Both the position numbers and the translations under genes were made by a program. From the IMG/VR virus record IMGVR_UViG_3300025120_014373: DNA of 57,419 bases; one strand, written 5' to 3'. Below are positions 9,585 through 19,317 of the stretch, in pieces (position 1 is the first letter of the stretch; each line of letters starts with the position of its first letter). The notes below the pieces were generated by a model that did no database searches, was not told where the DNA came from, and saw only the letters and a program-made list of their open reading frames with translations. This DNA is from an uncultured virus (IMG/VR IMGVR_UViG_3300025120_014373). Taxonomy: Duplodnaviria > Heunggongvirae > Uroviricota > Caudoviricetes.

Positions 9585-10139
9585 TCAGACTTCCTCTTTT
9601 TTATCCACTGACTTTTTTTTAGTCTGTTTTTTAATTGGTAAAGAAGTAACTTTAGAATTTTTAACTGTTTCAGTTAAATCATCAACTTTTTTATTTAAAC
9701 GGTCTAATTTAGTTAAAACTCTTTCAACCAATACAAATAACTCATCTTTTTCAGTCGTATTAAAGTTAAATGATAATTGACTATCATCTACCGGTTGGGC
9801 TTGAATAGGTACTACCGGTTGTTCAACGTTTACTTGAGGTTGTTGTACTTCTGGTTGAGGAGGGGTAGCCTGCACCGTTGGAGGTGCAGACTGTTGCGGT
9901 CGAGCATAAACTTGTTCAATTTGCTTCTTTAATTCCTCCCCCGCACCCCTCTTCAAAGTAGTAGCTTCACCAATAATGTTACCATCCATTTTTTTTGCTT
10001 CCCCATACATATGACCCATAAAATTGAGTAATGTATCTCTTTCCTCTTGCGGGGATAGCTGTCGCGACCCTTCTTGTGGTGGAGCCCCTCCTCCTGAATT
10101 ATCAGGCACTGGTATCATTTCTGGCATTTGATTACTCAT
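9585..10139 (-). CDS. Hypothetical protein with Pro/Gln-rich linker and coiled coil
   Basis: 184-aa ORF between gp32 and the clamp gene. Confidence 0.7.
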   Translation of the reverse strand: MSNQMPEMIPVPDNSGGGAPPQEGSRQLSPQEERDTLLNFMGHMYGEAKKMDGNIIGEATTLKRGAGEELKKQIEQVYARPQQSAPPTVQATPPQPEVQQPQVNVEQPVVPIQAQPVDDSQLSFNFNTTEKDELFVLVERVLTKLDRLNKKVDDLTETVKNSKVTSLPIKKQTKKKSVDKKEEV

Positions 10140-10143
10140 ATTA

Positions 10144-11001
10144 CTAAACGTCTAAGCCTTCAAGTAGCTCTTTTAGAACTTCATCTTCATTATCATCTTT
10201 TTTAGTTTCGGTAACAGGGGTCGTAATTGGTGTAGTTTCAATAGGAGTATCAACTACAACATTTTCAACAACACTATTATCAGCTGATGCATCTCTAACA
10301 TAATAATGCTCATCCATCATCGTTTTAAGTTCATTTACACTCTTAACGCTAAATACACTAGATAGTTCAAATACATTTTCATAAATTGTATTATGACGAT
10401 CGTCATCTAGATTATCAATTGAACTCGGCATACCAAACTTAGATGATACATAAGTTGGGAAATCACCTTGCTTCTCAACCTTAACTCTAAAGTTAACACC
10501 GTCTGGACCTAGATCAAATATACGAGGACCTAATTCAGCTGCATCTTCACCTTCAATTGCATCGGTAATAATATTATGAATTTGCTTACCATAACGAAGC
10601 ATTTTAACCTTACCATTATTTTCAGGATTAACAGGGTCATTAACAACATATACATTAACTAACCATTTCTCAGAACGCATAATTGCCTTAGCCTTCTCTT
10701 TTTCTTCTTCATTACCCGTACGAAGTATCTTATATCGCTCTTCAGCAATAGGATCTCTCTCACCAAAGGTTTGAAGAGAAATTGCACTAGTATATTGACC
10801 AGTAGCAAAACTATTCCAACCATGCTGATAATAATGAAAGAACGTCTTGGAAGGATCCTTAGCATAAGGCAACAACCTTACAGTAAAGGTATTACCTGGA
10901 GGAGTCTTTAAGATATCACCTATTGCACTCTTATTACTATCGTTATCTGCTGCTAATGCAGACTTAATACTATCAAACATTGAACTCGTTATATTACTCA
11001 T
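10144..11001 (-). CDS. gp32: Single-stranded DNA-binding protein, gp32-like
   Basis: VRLLP, HGW, NVYVVNDPVNPENNGKV, YGKQI, IFD..G.NF, YVSSKF and acidic C-terminal tail. Confidence 0.9.
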   Translation of the reverse strand: MSNITSSMFDSIKSALAADNDSNKSAIGDILKTPPGNTFTVRLLPYAKDPSKTFFHYYQHGWNSFATGQYTSAISLQTFGERDPIAEERYKILRTGNEEEKEKAKAIMRSEKWLVNVYVVNDPVNPENNGKVKMLRYGKQIHNIITDAIEGEDAAELGPRIFDLGPDGVNFRVKVEKQGDFPTYVSSKFGMPSSIDNLDDDRHNTIYENVFELSSVFSVKSVNELKTMMDEHYYVRDASADNSVVENVVVDTPIETTPITTPVTETKKDDNEDEVLKELLEGLDV

Positions 11002-11007
11002 AGTTTA

Positions 11008-11035
11008 ATTATAGACTATACTTTTTGTTTTTCAA
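11008..11035 (-). promoter_or_regulatory. Sigma70-type promoter for gp32
   Basis: TTGAAA-N16-TATAAT, 6 nt before the ATG. Confidence 0.7.
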
Positions 11036-11660
11036 CGAATATTTTAAAATTATTAATTATTTTCTTTGCCTTGGAGCTTGAATAGTATTTTGTTCTAATA
11101 TAATTTAATCGTGAAAAATTAGAACTATACATAGTTTGTATCTCAGTATCTATAGAACCAATTACCTTTTCAAAATTACTAAAAGCAAATAATATAAAGA
11201 TTATAATATCTCTATTTTTGATATGTTTAAGAAAAACGTTATATTCCCCTTCTTTTATTGTAAGGTAATCTTTAATATTAATATTTTTATCTTTGCAATA
11301 ATTGTAAATAAATTTTATCGATTCTTGCATGTTAGATAACGTTTTATCATTATCTGGATTATTCAAAAGAAACTTATCATTGTATAAAGTATAAGCTTTT
11401 ATTGCTTTAGGTCCTAAATAAAATTTTAAATCGAAATAATTTTCATCATAAACAAAATATGGTGCTTCAAAAAAATCTTTTATTTTTAAATGTTTAAATT
11501 TATAAAAAAAACTACTTAATTTGTTAACAATGATATAACTTTCATCCGGAAAATTATCAAAATTCTTTCTATACTTTACTGGCTTGTTATTAACCTTTTT
11601 GCTAACTTCTAAAAAATTATTATAAATTACCTTTTCTATATCAGTCATTGAATCCATCAA
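11016..11660 (-). CDS. Helicase loader, gp59-like
   Basis: 214 aa, immediately upstream of gp32 as in T4; QESIKFIYNYCK resembles T4 gp59 EEDIRNIYYFSK. Confidence 0.55.
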   Translation of the reverse strand: MMDSMTDIEKVIYNNFLEVSKKVNNKPVKYRKNFDNFPDESYIIVNKLSSFFYKFKHLKIKDFFEAPYFVYDENYFDLKFYLGPKAIKAYTLYNDKFLLNNPDNDKTLSNMQESIKFIYNYCKDKNINIKDYLTIKEGEYNVFLKHIKNRDIIIFILFAFSNFEKVIGSIDTEIQTMYSSNFSRLNYIRTKYYSSSKAKKIINNFKIFVEKQKV

Positions 11661-11925
11661 ATTTATTCAAAAATTTAGTTACGTACTTACTTTTAGTTAC
11701 AGAAGGTTCAGTTTGAATATATTTTCTAATTGCAGTAAAGTCATTTTCTTCTTCTATAATACTAATAAATATATCACGTAAAGCTTTATTTTCAAGTATT
11801 TTTAAAAAAACAGTAGCAAAATTCATTTTTTTATCATGTAATAGCGCCACGAAGGTGCAAAATGAATAAAAGGATTTTTCAAACTCTGCAGTTTGAATAT
11901 TTTGATAAGGGCTATTATTTTTCAT
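11641..11925 (-). CDS. Hypothetical protein (occupies the syntenic position of T4 gp33)
   Basis: 94-aa helical ORF upstream of the gp59-like gene; similarity to gp33 is weak at best. Confidence 0.5.
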   Translation of the reverse strand: MKNNSPYQNIQTAEFEKSFYSFCTFVALLHDKKMNFATVFLKILENKALRDIFISIIEEENDFTAIRKYIQTEPSVTKSKYVTKFLNKFDGFND

Positions 11926-12802
11926 TAATAATTGGTTTAAGTAATTTAGTAATATTAATTATCGAATCGTTTAAAGTTCCACCAGCGGCATCATGATGAC
12001 CACCGCCGTTCATAAGTTTAAAGGCTAATTTACCCATATTCAGCGGGCAATTATTGCTTCGTCTCATATAAACACTTTTACCTTTCATGTTTATCATTAT
12101 AACGAAATCTACTCCATATTGATCTATAATACGTTCAGCTATTTCATTAGGGCTAAATGATACCATAACACCTGCCACATTATAAACAGTATTACCAATT
12201 TTTATATCACCTCTGTGTATGGTCTCATCTTTAAAAAAGTTATTAATTTTATTTTCAATAATTTTTAAAGCATTTTTTTGAAATTGATTAAAACCAAAAA
12301 AACCATCTTTAAAATCATTTTCAAATTTATTAACTCTATCCCCCGTATAAGACCAAAATACTTGATTTAATGGTTTACTAAACGGTAATTTTAATGTATA
12401 ACTATCGTAATCATCTATTAGTTTAACCAATAATTTTTGATTTTTATTGAGCTTATTTTCTAACTTAAAAGTATCATATATTAACTTAGTACATGATGGG
12501 TAGTCTTTTACTATTGGTTTAGCATTTTTATAATTATCAATTAGTTCTATATGCTCAGCGTGATGATCAATTACAATAACGTTTTTTAAATCACAAAGTC
12601 TAATTTCACTTTCTTTTAGATTTAAATCACTAATAATTACTAAATCATAATCTTCAAATTTAAAATATGCTACATCACTAATAAACTTTTTTTCCGTGGT
12701 AACTGAATACGTTAACGTTGCATCCTTATAAGCTTGCTTTAAACATAAGTATGAACCAGCTCCGTCTAGATCTGCATCTGTAATTATATGGATCTTAGGC
12801 AT
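11915..12802 (-). CDS. DHH/DHHA1 phosphoesterase (NrnA/RecJ family)
   Basis: DADLDG, SD, IDHH, DYD and GGGH..AAG motifs. Confidence 0.9.
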   Translation of the reverse strand: MPKIHIITDADLDGAGSYLCLKQAYKDATLTYSVTTEKKFISDVAYFKFEDYDLVIISDLNLKESEIRLCDLKNVIVIDHHAEHIELIDNYKNAKPIVKDYPSCTKLIYDTFKLENKLNKNQKLLVKLIDDYDSYTLKLPFSKPLNQVFWSYTGDRVNKFENDFKDGFFGFNQFQKNALKIIENKINNFFKDETIHRGDIKIGNTVYNVAGVMVSFSPNEIAERIIDQYGVDFVIMINMKGKSVYMRRSNNCPLNMGKLAFKLMNGGGHHDAAGGTLNDSIINITKLLKPIINEK

Positions 12803-12824
12803 TTATTTTATTTAGTTCCTCTTT

Positions 12825-14165
12825 TTAATTACTCAACATATTAAGAGTACTAGTTAAATCAGACATTTCACTACCTTCATCATCAACGTTTAACGTCTCA
12901 TCTTCAGAAATAGTTAAAGTATCGTAATTTAATCTTAATGCTGTGTAACCATAATTAGCACCATACCTATTTTTCATCATACCCATTTTAACAATACCTA
13001 ACTCTTTATCTTCATCATCTTGAAATATACTAAAAATACAGTCAGCAGTAGCAGCCATACCAATCGATTCTGATATGGTATCCAACCCAGGGTTCTCTTC
13101 ATCATAACCTGATCTATTTAACTGAGTAGCAGAAATAAACGGGCATTCAAAAACGTAACTTAATGCTCGTATACCTTCAGCAACATGCTTAACTCTTTCA
13201 TAAGAATTATCACCGAGAGGACTTTTTAATAAATTTAAATAATCAAGAACTACTGCATCTACTTTAATACCTCTATTTTTTAATTCGGTAATATAACCTT
13301 GTATATTCTGAGGCGTAACAGTACTAGGAGGAAACTCTTTAATTAAAATCTTACTATTAGGTTTACCATTATTATAACTCTTTATTTGCGCAGATAAAGA
13401 TTGACCTGCTCCTTTTAATTCTCTCATCGGTATTCTAGTTATATTAGATGATAGCCTTCTTGCGTATATCATCTCCGACATTTCAAGACTAATAACTAGA
13501 ACCGTCTTACCCTTAGCAGCTATATTACAAGCTATATTACCAAGAAATATAGATTTACCAACATTTGATTCACCTGCAAACACATATAACGATCTACCAT
13601 TTTGTAAGAAACCACCATCTATTTTATCGTCTAACCATTTCCATCCTGAAGATATAGTAGGTTGGTCCACATTTAGATCATCAACTACCTTATCAATATT
13701 TTCAAATAAATCTAAACCTATCTCTTCCTTTAAATTAACGTTGCAGCTTTTTTCAAAACTATCTAAAATAAAACTTGTATTAACTTCCCCTTTACTAACA
13801 TCCTCAGCAACAGATAACATTGTATTGTATATTGCTCTTTCTTTTAAGAAACGTTCAGTATTAGAAGTTAATTCTTCATCATTAAAAGTTTTATCAATAT
13901 TAGGAAAATTCTTTACAACTGATCTAAAACTTTCTTTAAGTTCATCGTTAATTAAGTATGATTTTAATTCAGTAATAGTAGGTATACTTTGCCTCTTAAT
14001 ATAGAAATTAGTTATTAAACTAAAGACCGTCTTAATATTTTTATCATTAAAATACTCCGGCTTTATATGGTCTATAATTTGAGTTAAATAACTTTCGTTA
14101 GTCAAACTCTTATAAACTATAACCTGCTCATAATAATCTAAATTTAATCTACCTATATCTTCCAT
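12825..14165 (-). CDS. gp41: Replicative DnaB-type helicase, gp41-like
   Basis: AGESNVGKS, SLEMSE, IKEFP, LDYLNL, SATQLNRSG, SESIG, KNRYG. Confidence 0.95.
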   Translation of the reverse strand: MEDIGRLNLDYYEQVIVYKSLTNESYLTQIIDHIKPEYFNDKNIKTVFSLITNFYIKRQSIPTITELKSYLINDELKESFRSVVKNFPNIDKTFNDEELTSNTERFLKERAIYNTMLSVAEDVSKGEVNTSFILDSFEKSCNVNLKEEIGLDLFENIDKVVDDLNVDQPTISSGWKWLDDKIDGGFLQNGRSLYVFAGESNVGKSIFLGNIACNIAAKGKTVLVISLEMSEMIYARRLSSNITRIPMRELKGAGQSLSAQIKSYNNGKPNSKILIKEFPPSTVTPQNIQGYITELKNRGIKVDAVVLDYLNLLKSPLGDNSYERVKHVAEGIRALSYVFECPFISATQLNRSGYDEENPGLDTISESIGMAATADCIFSIFQDDEDKELGIVKMGMMKNRYGANYGYTALRLNYDTLTISEDETLNVDDEGSEMSDLTSTLNMLSN

Positions 14166-14491
14166 TATCTTCTTTCAATATCTTCTTCAATACATTTACC
14201 ACCATATTGGATTTCACATATAACACACATTCTATCACTAATATTAGCTGGTTGATGCCAATTTTCAACCGGTATATTAATAAAATCATTTTTGTGATAT
14301 ATATCACCGTTAAGAGACAATTCCCCTTCTAAAATAAACCAATGTTCATTTCTATGAAAATGTCTTTGATCACTTAAAGATTTACCTGGTTTAATATGTA
14401 AAGTTTTAATTTTATAATCTTTACCTTCAGATAAAACGTGGTACCAACCCCATAATGGTTTAATTACTTTTCCCATCTTTGCAATATCCAA
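14165..14491 (-). CDS. Cupin, mannose-6-phosphate isomerase type II C-terminal-like
   Basis: PLWGWY, SLSDQRHFHRNEHW, WH, EIQYG..EEDIER. Confidence 0.85.
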   Translation of the reverse strand: MDIAKMGKVIKPLWGWYHVLSEGKDYKIKTLHIKPGKSLSDQRHFHRNEHWFILEGELSLNGDIYHKNDFINIPVENWHQPANISDRMCVICEIQYGGKCIEEDIERR

Positions 14492-14901
14492 CTACTACTA
14501 TTTTTTTTATCTGATCCACCTACCCCGTACTGAAAAATAATTTCTTTATCATCAAATAAATCAGGATTTTCTTCTGGAACATTACCTTGTTTTCTATCCC
14601 CACCATTTGCAAATATAATTCTATCAAAGGGGAATAACATTATAACATTTTTTATAGCTTCAATTGCAGTACCGTCGTCATCATTAAAGAGAATGCAGTT
14701 ATCAACGTATTTTAAAGCTGATACTATTTCAAATCTTTCTGATAAGGATAAAAAGTTTTTACCTTTTTTCCGTTCTAACCAAGAATCAGAATTAACCCCT
14801 ACAATAAGTTTATCCCCTAGCTTTCTTGCTGCTTTGAGATATGCTAAATGTCCTGAATGTAATGGGTCAAATCCCCCTGTGACTAATACTATCGTTTCCA
14901 T
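14464..14901 (-). CDS. Cytidylyltransferase/adenylyltransferase family protein
   Basis: GGFDPLHSGH, VGVNSD, FANGGDR, KKNSSSWIL. Confidence 0.88.
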   Translation of the reverse strand: METIVLVTGGFDPLHSGHLAYLKAARKLGDKLIVGVNSDSWLERKKGKNFLSLSERFEIVSALKYVDNCILFNDDDGTAIEAIKNVIMLFPFDRIIFANGGDRKQGNVPEENPDLFDDKEIIFQYGVGGSDKKNSSSWILQRWEK

Positions 14902-15545
14902 TTTTTAATAAAATATTCTTGTCCTTTATAAAACTCTTCGTTAGGGTTTGTTAGACCCGGGCTTGAATGAATTATTGGGATATCAACTACCCCAATTTTA
15001 ACCTTATTTTTATTGCATTCTAAACTAAAATCTAAATCATAGTAATGAAACTTAGATGGGTAAGATTCGTCAAATTTTACATTAGTAGGTAAATTTCGTA
15101 TATTAATGCCGATAAAGACACCATCAATAACCAAAACACGGCCTGGAATAGGACCAAACGAAGTGTACTGATATTGGTCAGGATGTCCGTGAGCAACATT
15201 TCCTCTTTGGTCTTTTCTTTCGGACATAAGATGCCATAGAGCAGGTTCTTTAACCTTGCATGTACTAGCCCCTGCGAGACCAAAAACTGTATACATTTTT
15301 CCATAATCGTCCAACCTATGCAACAAATCCCCGCAATTAATAAAAACGTCGTCATGCACAAGCACGCAGATATCAACGTTACAACGACGAGCGTCTTCCA
15401 AAAAGCTGTTATAACAACTTTGCAAACTTTTAGTATTTTTTTCTTCATAATATACAGATAAATCGCGATATTTTTTATTAAGGGATTTATATAGTAAGGT
15501 GTCTTCTTTTTTACCTTTTGTAGCTGTGTAAATTTTATATTTCAT
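14889..15545 (-). CDS. GT-A fold glycosyltransferase-like protein
   Basis: VHDDV, GLAG, IDGVFI, FDE..FHYYDLDFSL, H.SPG. Confidence 0.78.
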   Translation of the reverse strand: MKYKIYTATKGKKEDTLLYKSLNKKYRDLSVYYEEKNTKSLQSCYNSFLEDARRCNVDICVLVHDDVFINCGDLLHRLDDYGKMYTVFGLAGASTCKVKEPALWHLMSERKDQRGNVAHGHPDQYQYTSFGPIPGRVLVIDGVFIGINIRNLPTNVKFDESYPSKFHYYDLDFSLECNKNKVKIGVVDIPIIHSSPGLTNPNEEFYKGQEYFIKKWKR

Positions 15546-16638
15546 TTAAGTATGGTTCAATTTTAATTGTATCAGGGGTATCGTTTATAAATTTATCTCG
15601 ATCTATTTCATTATAAAATAATGTTAATGAGTATCCACCAAAACCACCTCCACAATATTTGGTTGCGATTGAATTTTTAACATCAGGTAATATATCCATA
15701 CCCTCTTTTAGTTGTACTTTATAATTCATATTAATACCAGCGCATAATTGCTCTAAATTATTATTTTGTACCCCTGCATACGCTAAACGACTAGCCATGG
15801 CTAACAAATTATAATCACGATTATTTTTAACGTATGCTGGTGTATCATGATTAATTCCAGTATAATGTAAAGCCATTTTACCTTTTAATATATCTCCATT
15901 TCGTTTTAAAATAAGATAAGGTTTTTTACCACTTTTCCAAACACATAACCCTGTTTCTTTTATTACAGCGGGATCTTGCCAACCAACACCTAAATCTAAT
16001 TCACTTTGTACTCCATCTCTACCGTTTAATAATGCCCATGCCCCGCTACCTCCGAGACCGGATTGGGTTTCGTACGGCCAATTATGTAAAGATACAGTTG
16101 GGGATATTGCGCAATTTACTATAAACCCATCACTTCTTGCATGTTCAGGTACATCTAACCAACCACCGGCTAGGTCTACCCGTAGAGGAGCTTCGTTAGG
16201 TGTCTTTATATTATTGAGAATAGATGATGTACTTATCGGATCAAACTTTGGAGGTGTTTTTTTTAATTTAACATATTCTATATTGTGATTTGTACAGAAT
16301 TTTCTTTTAGTTTTTTCAAACTTATCGTCAGATGTAACTACTAAAACGTCAGGTGATATTTTTATTATTATATCTTTAAAATTTAAACCATTTTTATCTA
16401 AATTATGACCAATTACTACTTCATCGATAAAAGATATATTATTTAAAATTTCTATCTTATGCTCAATAGGTATACTTGGTCGTCTTTTTTTATACTGATA
16501 TAATACTTCATCAGAGGGTATACATACTACTAACTTATCTCCTAGTTTTAGAGCCTCTTTAAAAAATTCTATATGACCTGCATGAATAATATCATAACAA
16601 CCGGAAACAAATACTTTACTCATATTCTTCTCTATCAT
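15535..16638 (-). CDS. Cytidylyltransferase-GHMP sugar kinase fusion
   Basis: N-terminal GCYDIIHAGH...ISTS; C-terminal PLRVDLAGGWLD, SGLGGS, GWQD, CGGGFGG. Confidence 0.85.
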   Translation of the reverse strand: MIEKNMSKVFVSGCYDIIHAGHIEFFKEALKLGDKLVVCIPSDEVLYQYKKRRPSIPIEHKIEILNNISFIDEVVIGHNLDKNGLNFKDIIIKISPDVLVVTSDDKFEKTKRKFCTNHNIEYVKLKKTPPKFDPISTSSILNNIKTPNEAPLRVDLAGGWLDVPEHARSDGFIVNCAISPTVSLHNWPYETQSGLGGSGAWALLNGRDGVQSELDLGVGWQDPAVIKETGLCVWKSGKKPYLILKRNGDILKGKMALHYTGINHDTPAYVKNNRDYNLLAMASRLAYAGVQNNNLEQLCAGINMNYKVQLKEGMDILPDVKNSIATKYCGGGFGGYSLTLFYNEIDRDKFINDTPDTIKIEPYLNEI

Positions 16639-16957
16639 CCATTTCAGGTTTATAGTCTCTATTCCAGATCATACCCATAATATTCCATAAAGCAGCTCCT
16701 AAATGGTCTTCACTATCATCCCCAGTAAAGTCTTGCATTAAATGTCTCATAGTACTATCGTATAAAACTGAATGTTTCATGCCTTTCTTCCAATTATTTT
16801 CACCATATGTATCTGCTCCTTGTAAGTATCTCATCATTACACCGTTTAAGGCTTTATGAGGTACTAAACTCATTCGGAGTTTACCTTCTCCGCTATCTCG
16901 TTGAGCGCCGGTAGCAAATTGTCGTGGGTTTCCAGTAGTTTTAAGATTGCTCATCAA
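16616..16957 (-). CDS. dATP/dGTP diphosphohydrolase N-terminal-domain protein (DUF5664-like)
   Basis: TGAQRD..GK.RMSLVP, GADTYGENNWKKG, DS.MRHL, EDHLGAALWN. Confidence 0.8.
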   Translation of the reverse strand: MMSNLKTTGNPRQFATGAQRDSGEGKLRMSLVPHKALNGVMMRYLQGADTYGENNWKKGMKHSVLYDSTMRHLMQDFTGDDSEDHLGAALWNIMGMIWNRDYKPEMDDREEYE

Positions 16958-17420
16958 TAATATTATAAATAGGTTCCTTAAAAATTATATCCTGGGAATT
17001 AAAATCATTATTTTCAGTTTTATAATTATCTCCAAACCATTTTTTATAAAAGACTGCCCCTTCACTTTTTATATCTGAATTAACGTAATAAAACTTAATA
17101 TTATCTTTATGTTTATATATAGCATTTTTAATTAACAATTTAGCAATACCTTTACCTCTATTATATTTGGATGTAACTATATAATATGTTTTTAATGTAT
17201 TTTCTGCTTTTGTATTAACAGTATATGCATGTAGTCCAAGTACCCTACCTGTATCATCGGTACATACTTCTATTGGATATTTAGACCACCAATCTCTATC
17301 AGACCATGTATGACCAAATGTATTTAAAATAAAGGAGTTTGTATTATCGTAGATAAATTTAATAAATCTTAATTTATCTATCTCAGTTAATTGATTAATT
17401 GTTACGTAATTTATATTCAT
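16941..17420 (-). CDS. GNAT acetyltransferase
   Basis: Motif A NRGKGIAKLLI and motif B GAVFYKK. Confidence 0.8.
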   Translation of the reverse strand: MNINYVTINQLTEIDKLRFIKFIYDNTNSFILNTFGHTWSDRDWWSKYPIEVCTDDTGRVLGLHAYTVNTKAENTLKTYYIVTSKYNRGKGIAKLLIKNAIYKHKDNIKFYYVNSDIKSEGAVFYKKWFGDNYKTENNDFNSQDIIFKEPIYNIIDEQS

Positions 17421-18088
17421 AATGTTAAAAATGGTGAATCATATACAAACCCATCTATTTCAGTTAAACCTTCATATGAAAAGTTATAAAGTACACCCTG
17501 TAATACTTCTTTATAATCTTTACCTTTAATTGATGATATATTAGCGTCTTTGTAATACAATGTACTACCTTGTCTTGCCACATAAATATTCATCGTTTTT
17601 ATATTTACTAACCAAAGGGCGAAAGTACCTTTAAGTTTTTCTAAGGTATATAATATATTCTGAACTTCAGTTTCAGCATCCTCGCAAGGACCGTGAGTAT
17701 ATTCAAATTCATCTAATAATGCTGGTATTATACTGCTATCTACAGGGTTATCATGCATTGGTATATACTCATCAACTAATTCATTAAAATTAGTTAAAAC
17801 ACCATTATGAGCTACTATCCAATCCCCTACCCAAAATGGATGAGACGTTTCCTCTTGCCAACCTCTACCTGTTTCAGTAGGAGCCTGGTTATGACCCAAG
17901 TATAGATGACCTTCTTGGTGAGGTATTTTAGTTTTATTCCAGTTTATATTGTTTTTTTCCTTGAGTATATTGTAATTAGCTTTATTATAACAGTAAAATA
18001 TACCAGTTGAAAAATTACCACGCTTTTTATTAGCTTCCTGTAAAATTTCAAAGGTAGACAAATCATTACTACAATAAATACCACACAT
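17417..18088 (-). CDS. Class II (Ntn) glutamine amidotransferase domain protein
   Basis: MCGI nucleophile, RG, GH..APT, HPF, HNG, DS, GTFAL. Confidence 0.88.
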   Translation of the reverse strand: MCGIYCSNDLSTFEILQEANKKRGNFSTGIFYCYNKANYNILKEKNNINWNKTKIPHQEGHLYLGHNQAPTETGRGWQEETSHPFWVGDWIVAHNGVLTNFNELVDEYIPMHDNPVDSSIIPALLDEFEYTHGPCEDAETEVQNILYTLEKLKGTFALWLVNIKTMNIYVARQGSTLYYKDANISSIKGKDYKEVLQGVLYNFSYEGLTEIDGFVYDSPFLTL

Positions 18089-18096
18089 ATAACTAT

Positions 18097-18130
18097 ATTA
18101 TAGTATAAAATTAATAAAAATCAATAAATA
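18097..18130. promoter_or_regulatory. Overlapping divergent promoters: sigma70-type (-) and late-type (+)
   Basis: Minus: TTGATT-N16-TATAAT (18097-18124), 8 nt before ATG 18088. Plus: AATAAATA (18123-18130), 5 nt before ATG 18136. Confidence 0.65.
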
Positions 18131-18135
18131 ATAAT

Positions 18136-19317
18136 ATGAGTTTAAATAACTGGTCAAATAAAAAAATTATCGTTGAAAATACCTCAAGTTATATGTCGGA
18201 TCAAGATTTTGACATTGTGGAAGAAGCAAGAGGCAAAAAAATTGTTGATCCACTTAGAGCAAAACTAATGGGTATGGAAGATATCCGTGATTTAAAAGGT
18301 ACAATGACACCAAGATATTTCGCCACAAAGGTAATTAGATACTTACAAAAAGAAAATCCTGAATTAGATTTAGAAAATTTATCTGATGATGATATTCAAA
18401 ATGCTATCAATATTATGGCCAATGTTTCTAAGCCATTAGCTACTAGACCAGATGTAAAAATTACTACTAGAGAAAGAGGAGCTGCAAAAGAAGGTCTCAA
18501 GAAAGGTGATTCAGGTTTTGAAACTTTACAATTGAATCTTGGTGGTGATACAATTCTAAACTCTGAAGGCGGGGTTGGTGAAAATGATTTATACACTGTA
18601 GTAAGCGATGGTTTAAAATATAGAGTTACTCTTAATTCTTTTAAAGGTCAAAAACTTAACTTAGATGATATATCTAAAGATGATATCGTTTCAGTTGTTA
18701 TTGTAAAGCCAAGTGAAACAGAAAAAGTTGATAAATTTGGTGGTGAAATAGAAATGGGTGATAGAGAAAAATTAGTTGCTGATTTCCCAGAAGGTGAAGA
18801 AGATGGTATGTCAAATGCAATCGACGCTGTTGGTTATATGAGTCATCAAGATGGTTTTGGGTTACCTCCAGAAGATGCTGAAAACTGCGCAATGGTTAGT
18901 GATGAAGAATTCGATAAAGAAAAATCGGATTTAGATGATGATGGTGAGATTTCTGAATATGAAAAATCAAGAGGGGTAGCTATTGCTAATGCAATGAAGA
19001 AAGAGAAAGAAAGAGCAGGTCAAGAACATGCAAGAGCAGTTGCAGATCATTATGAAGACGATGAAGATGATAATGATCAATATACACCTGATGAAGCACC
19101 TGAAGATGATGAAATGGGTGAAATGGAACCTTTAGATGATGAAGAAGAAGAAAGATGCCCAGTAACGGGTAAGCTTAGAAAAAAGAAATCAGAATCTGAA
19201 GAAGAAGAGCAAGTTGCAATGTCTCAACAAGATATTAATAACTACTTACTTAACCAATACAGGCAAAAGATGCAAAATGCCCATTCTCAAGAAAGAATGA
19301 ATAGACACGGTTACTAA
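18136..19317 (+). CDS. Acidic late protein with EF-hand-like loop
   Basis: 393 aa, Asp/Glu-rich C-terminal half; DLDDDGEISEYE; IVE sites near the N-terminus. Confidence 0.65.
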   Translation: MSLNNWSNKKIIVENTSSYMSDQDFDIVEEARGKKIVDPLRAKLMGMEDIRDLKGTMTPRYFATKVIRYLQKENPELDLENLSDDDIQNAINIMANVSKPLATRPDVKITTRERGAAKEGLKKGDSGFETLQLNLGGDTILNSEGGVGENDLYTVVSDGLKYRVTLNSFKGQKLNLDDISKDDIVSVVIVKPSETEKVDKFGGEIEMGDREKLVADFPEGEEDGMSNAIDAVGYMSHQDGFGLPPEDAENCAMVSDEEFDKEKSDLDDDGEISEYEKSRGVAIANAMKKEKERAGQEHARAVADHYEDDEDDNDQYTPDEAPEDDEMGEMEPLDDEEEERCPVTGKLRKKKSESEEEEQVAMSQQDINNYLLNQYRQKMQNAHSQERMNRHGY

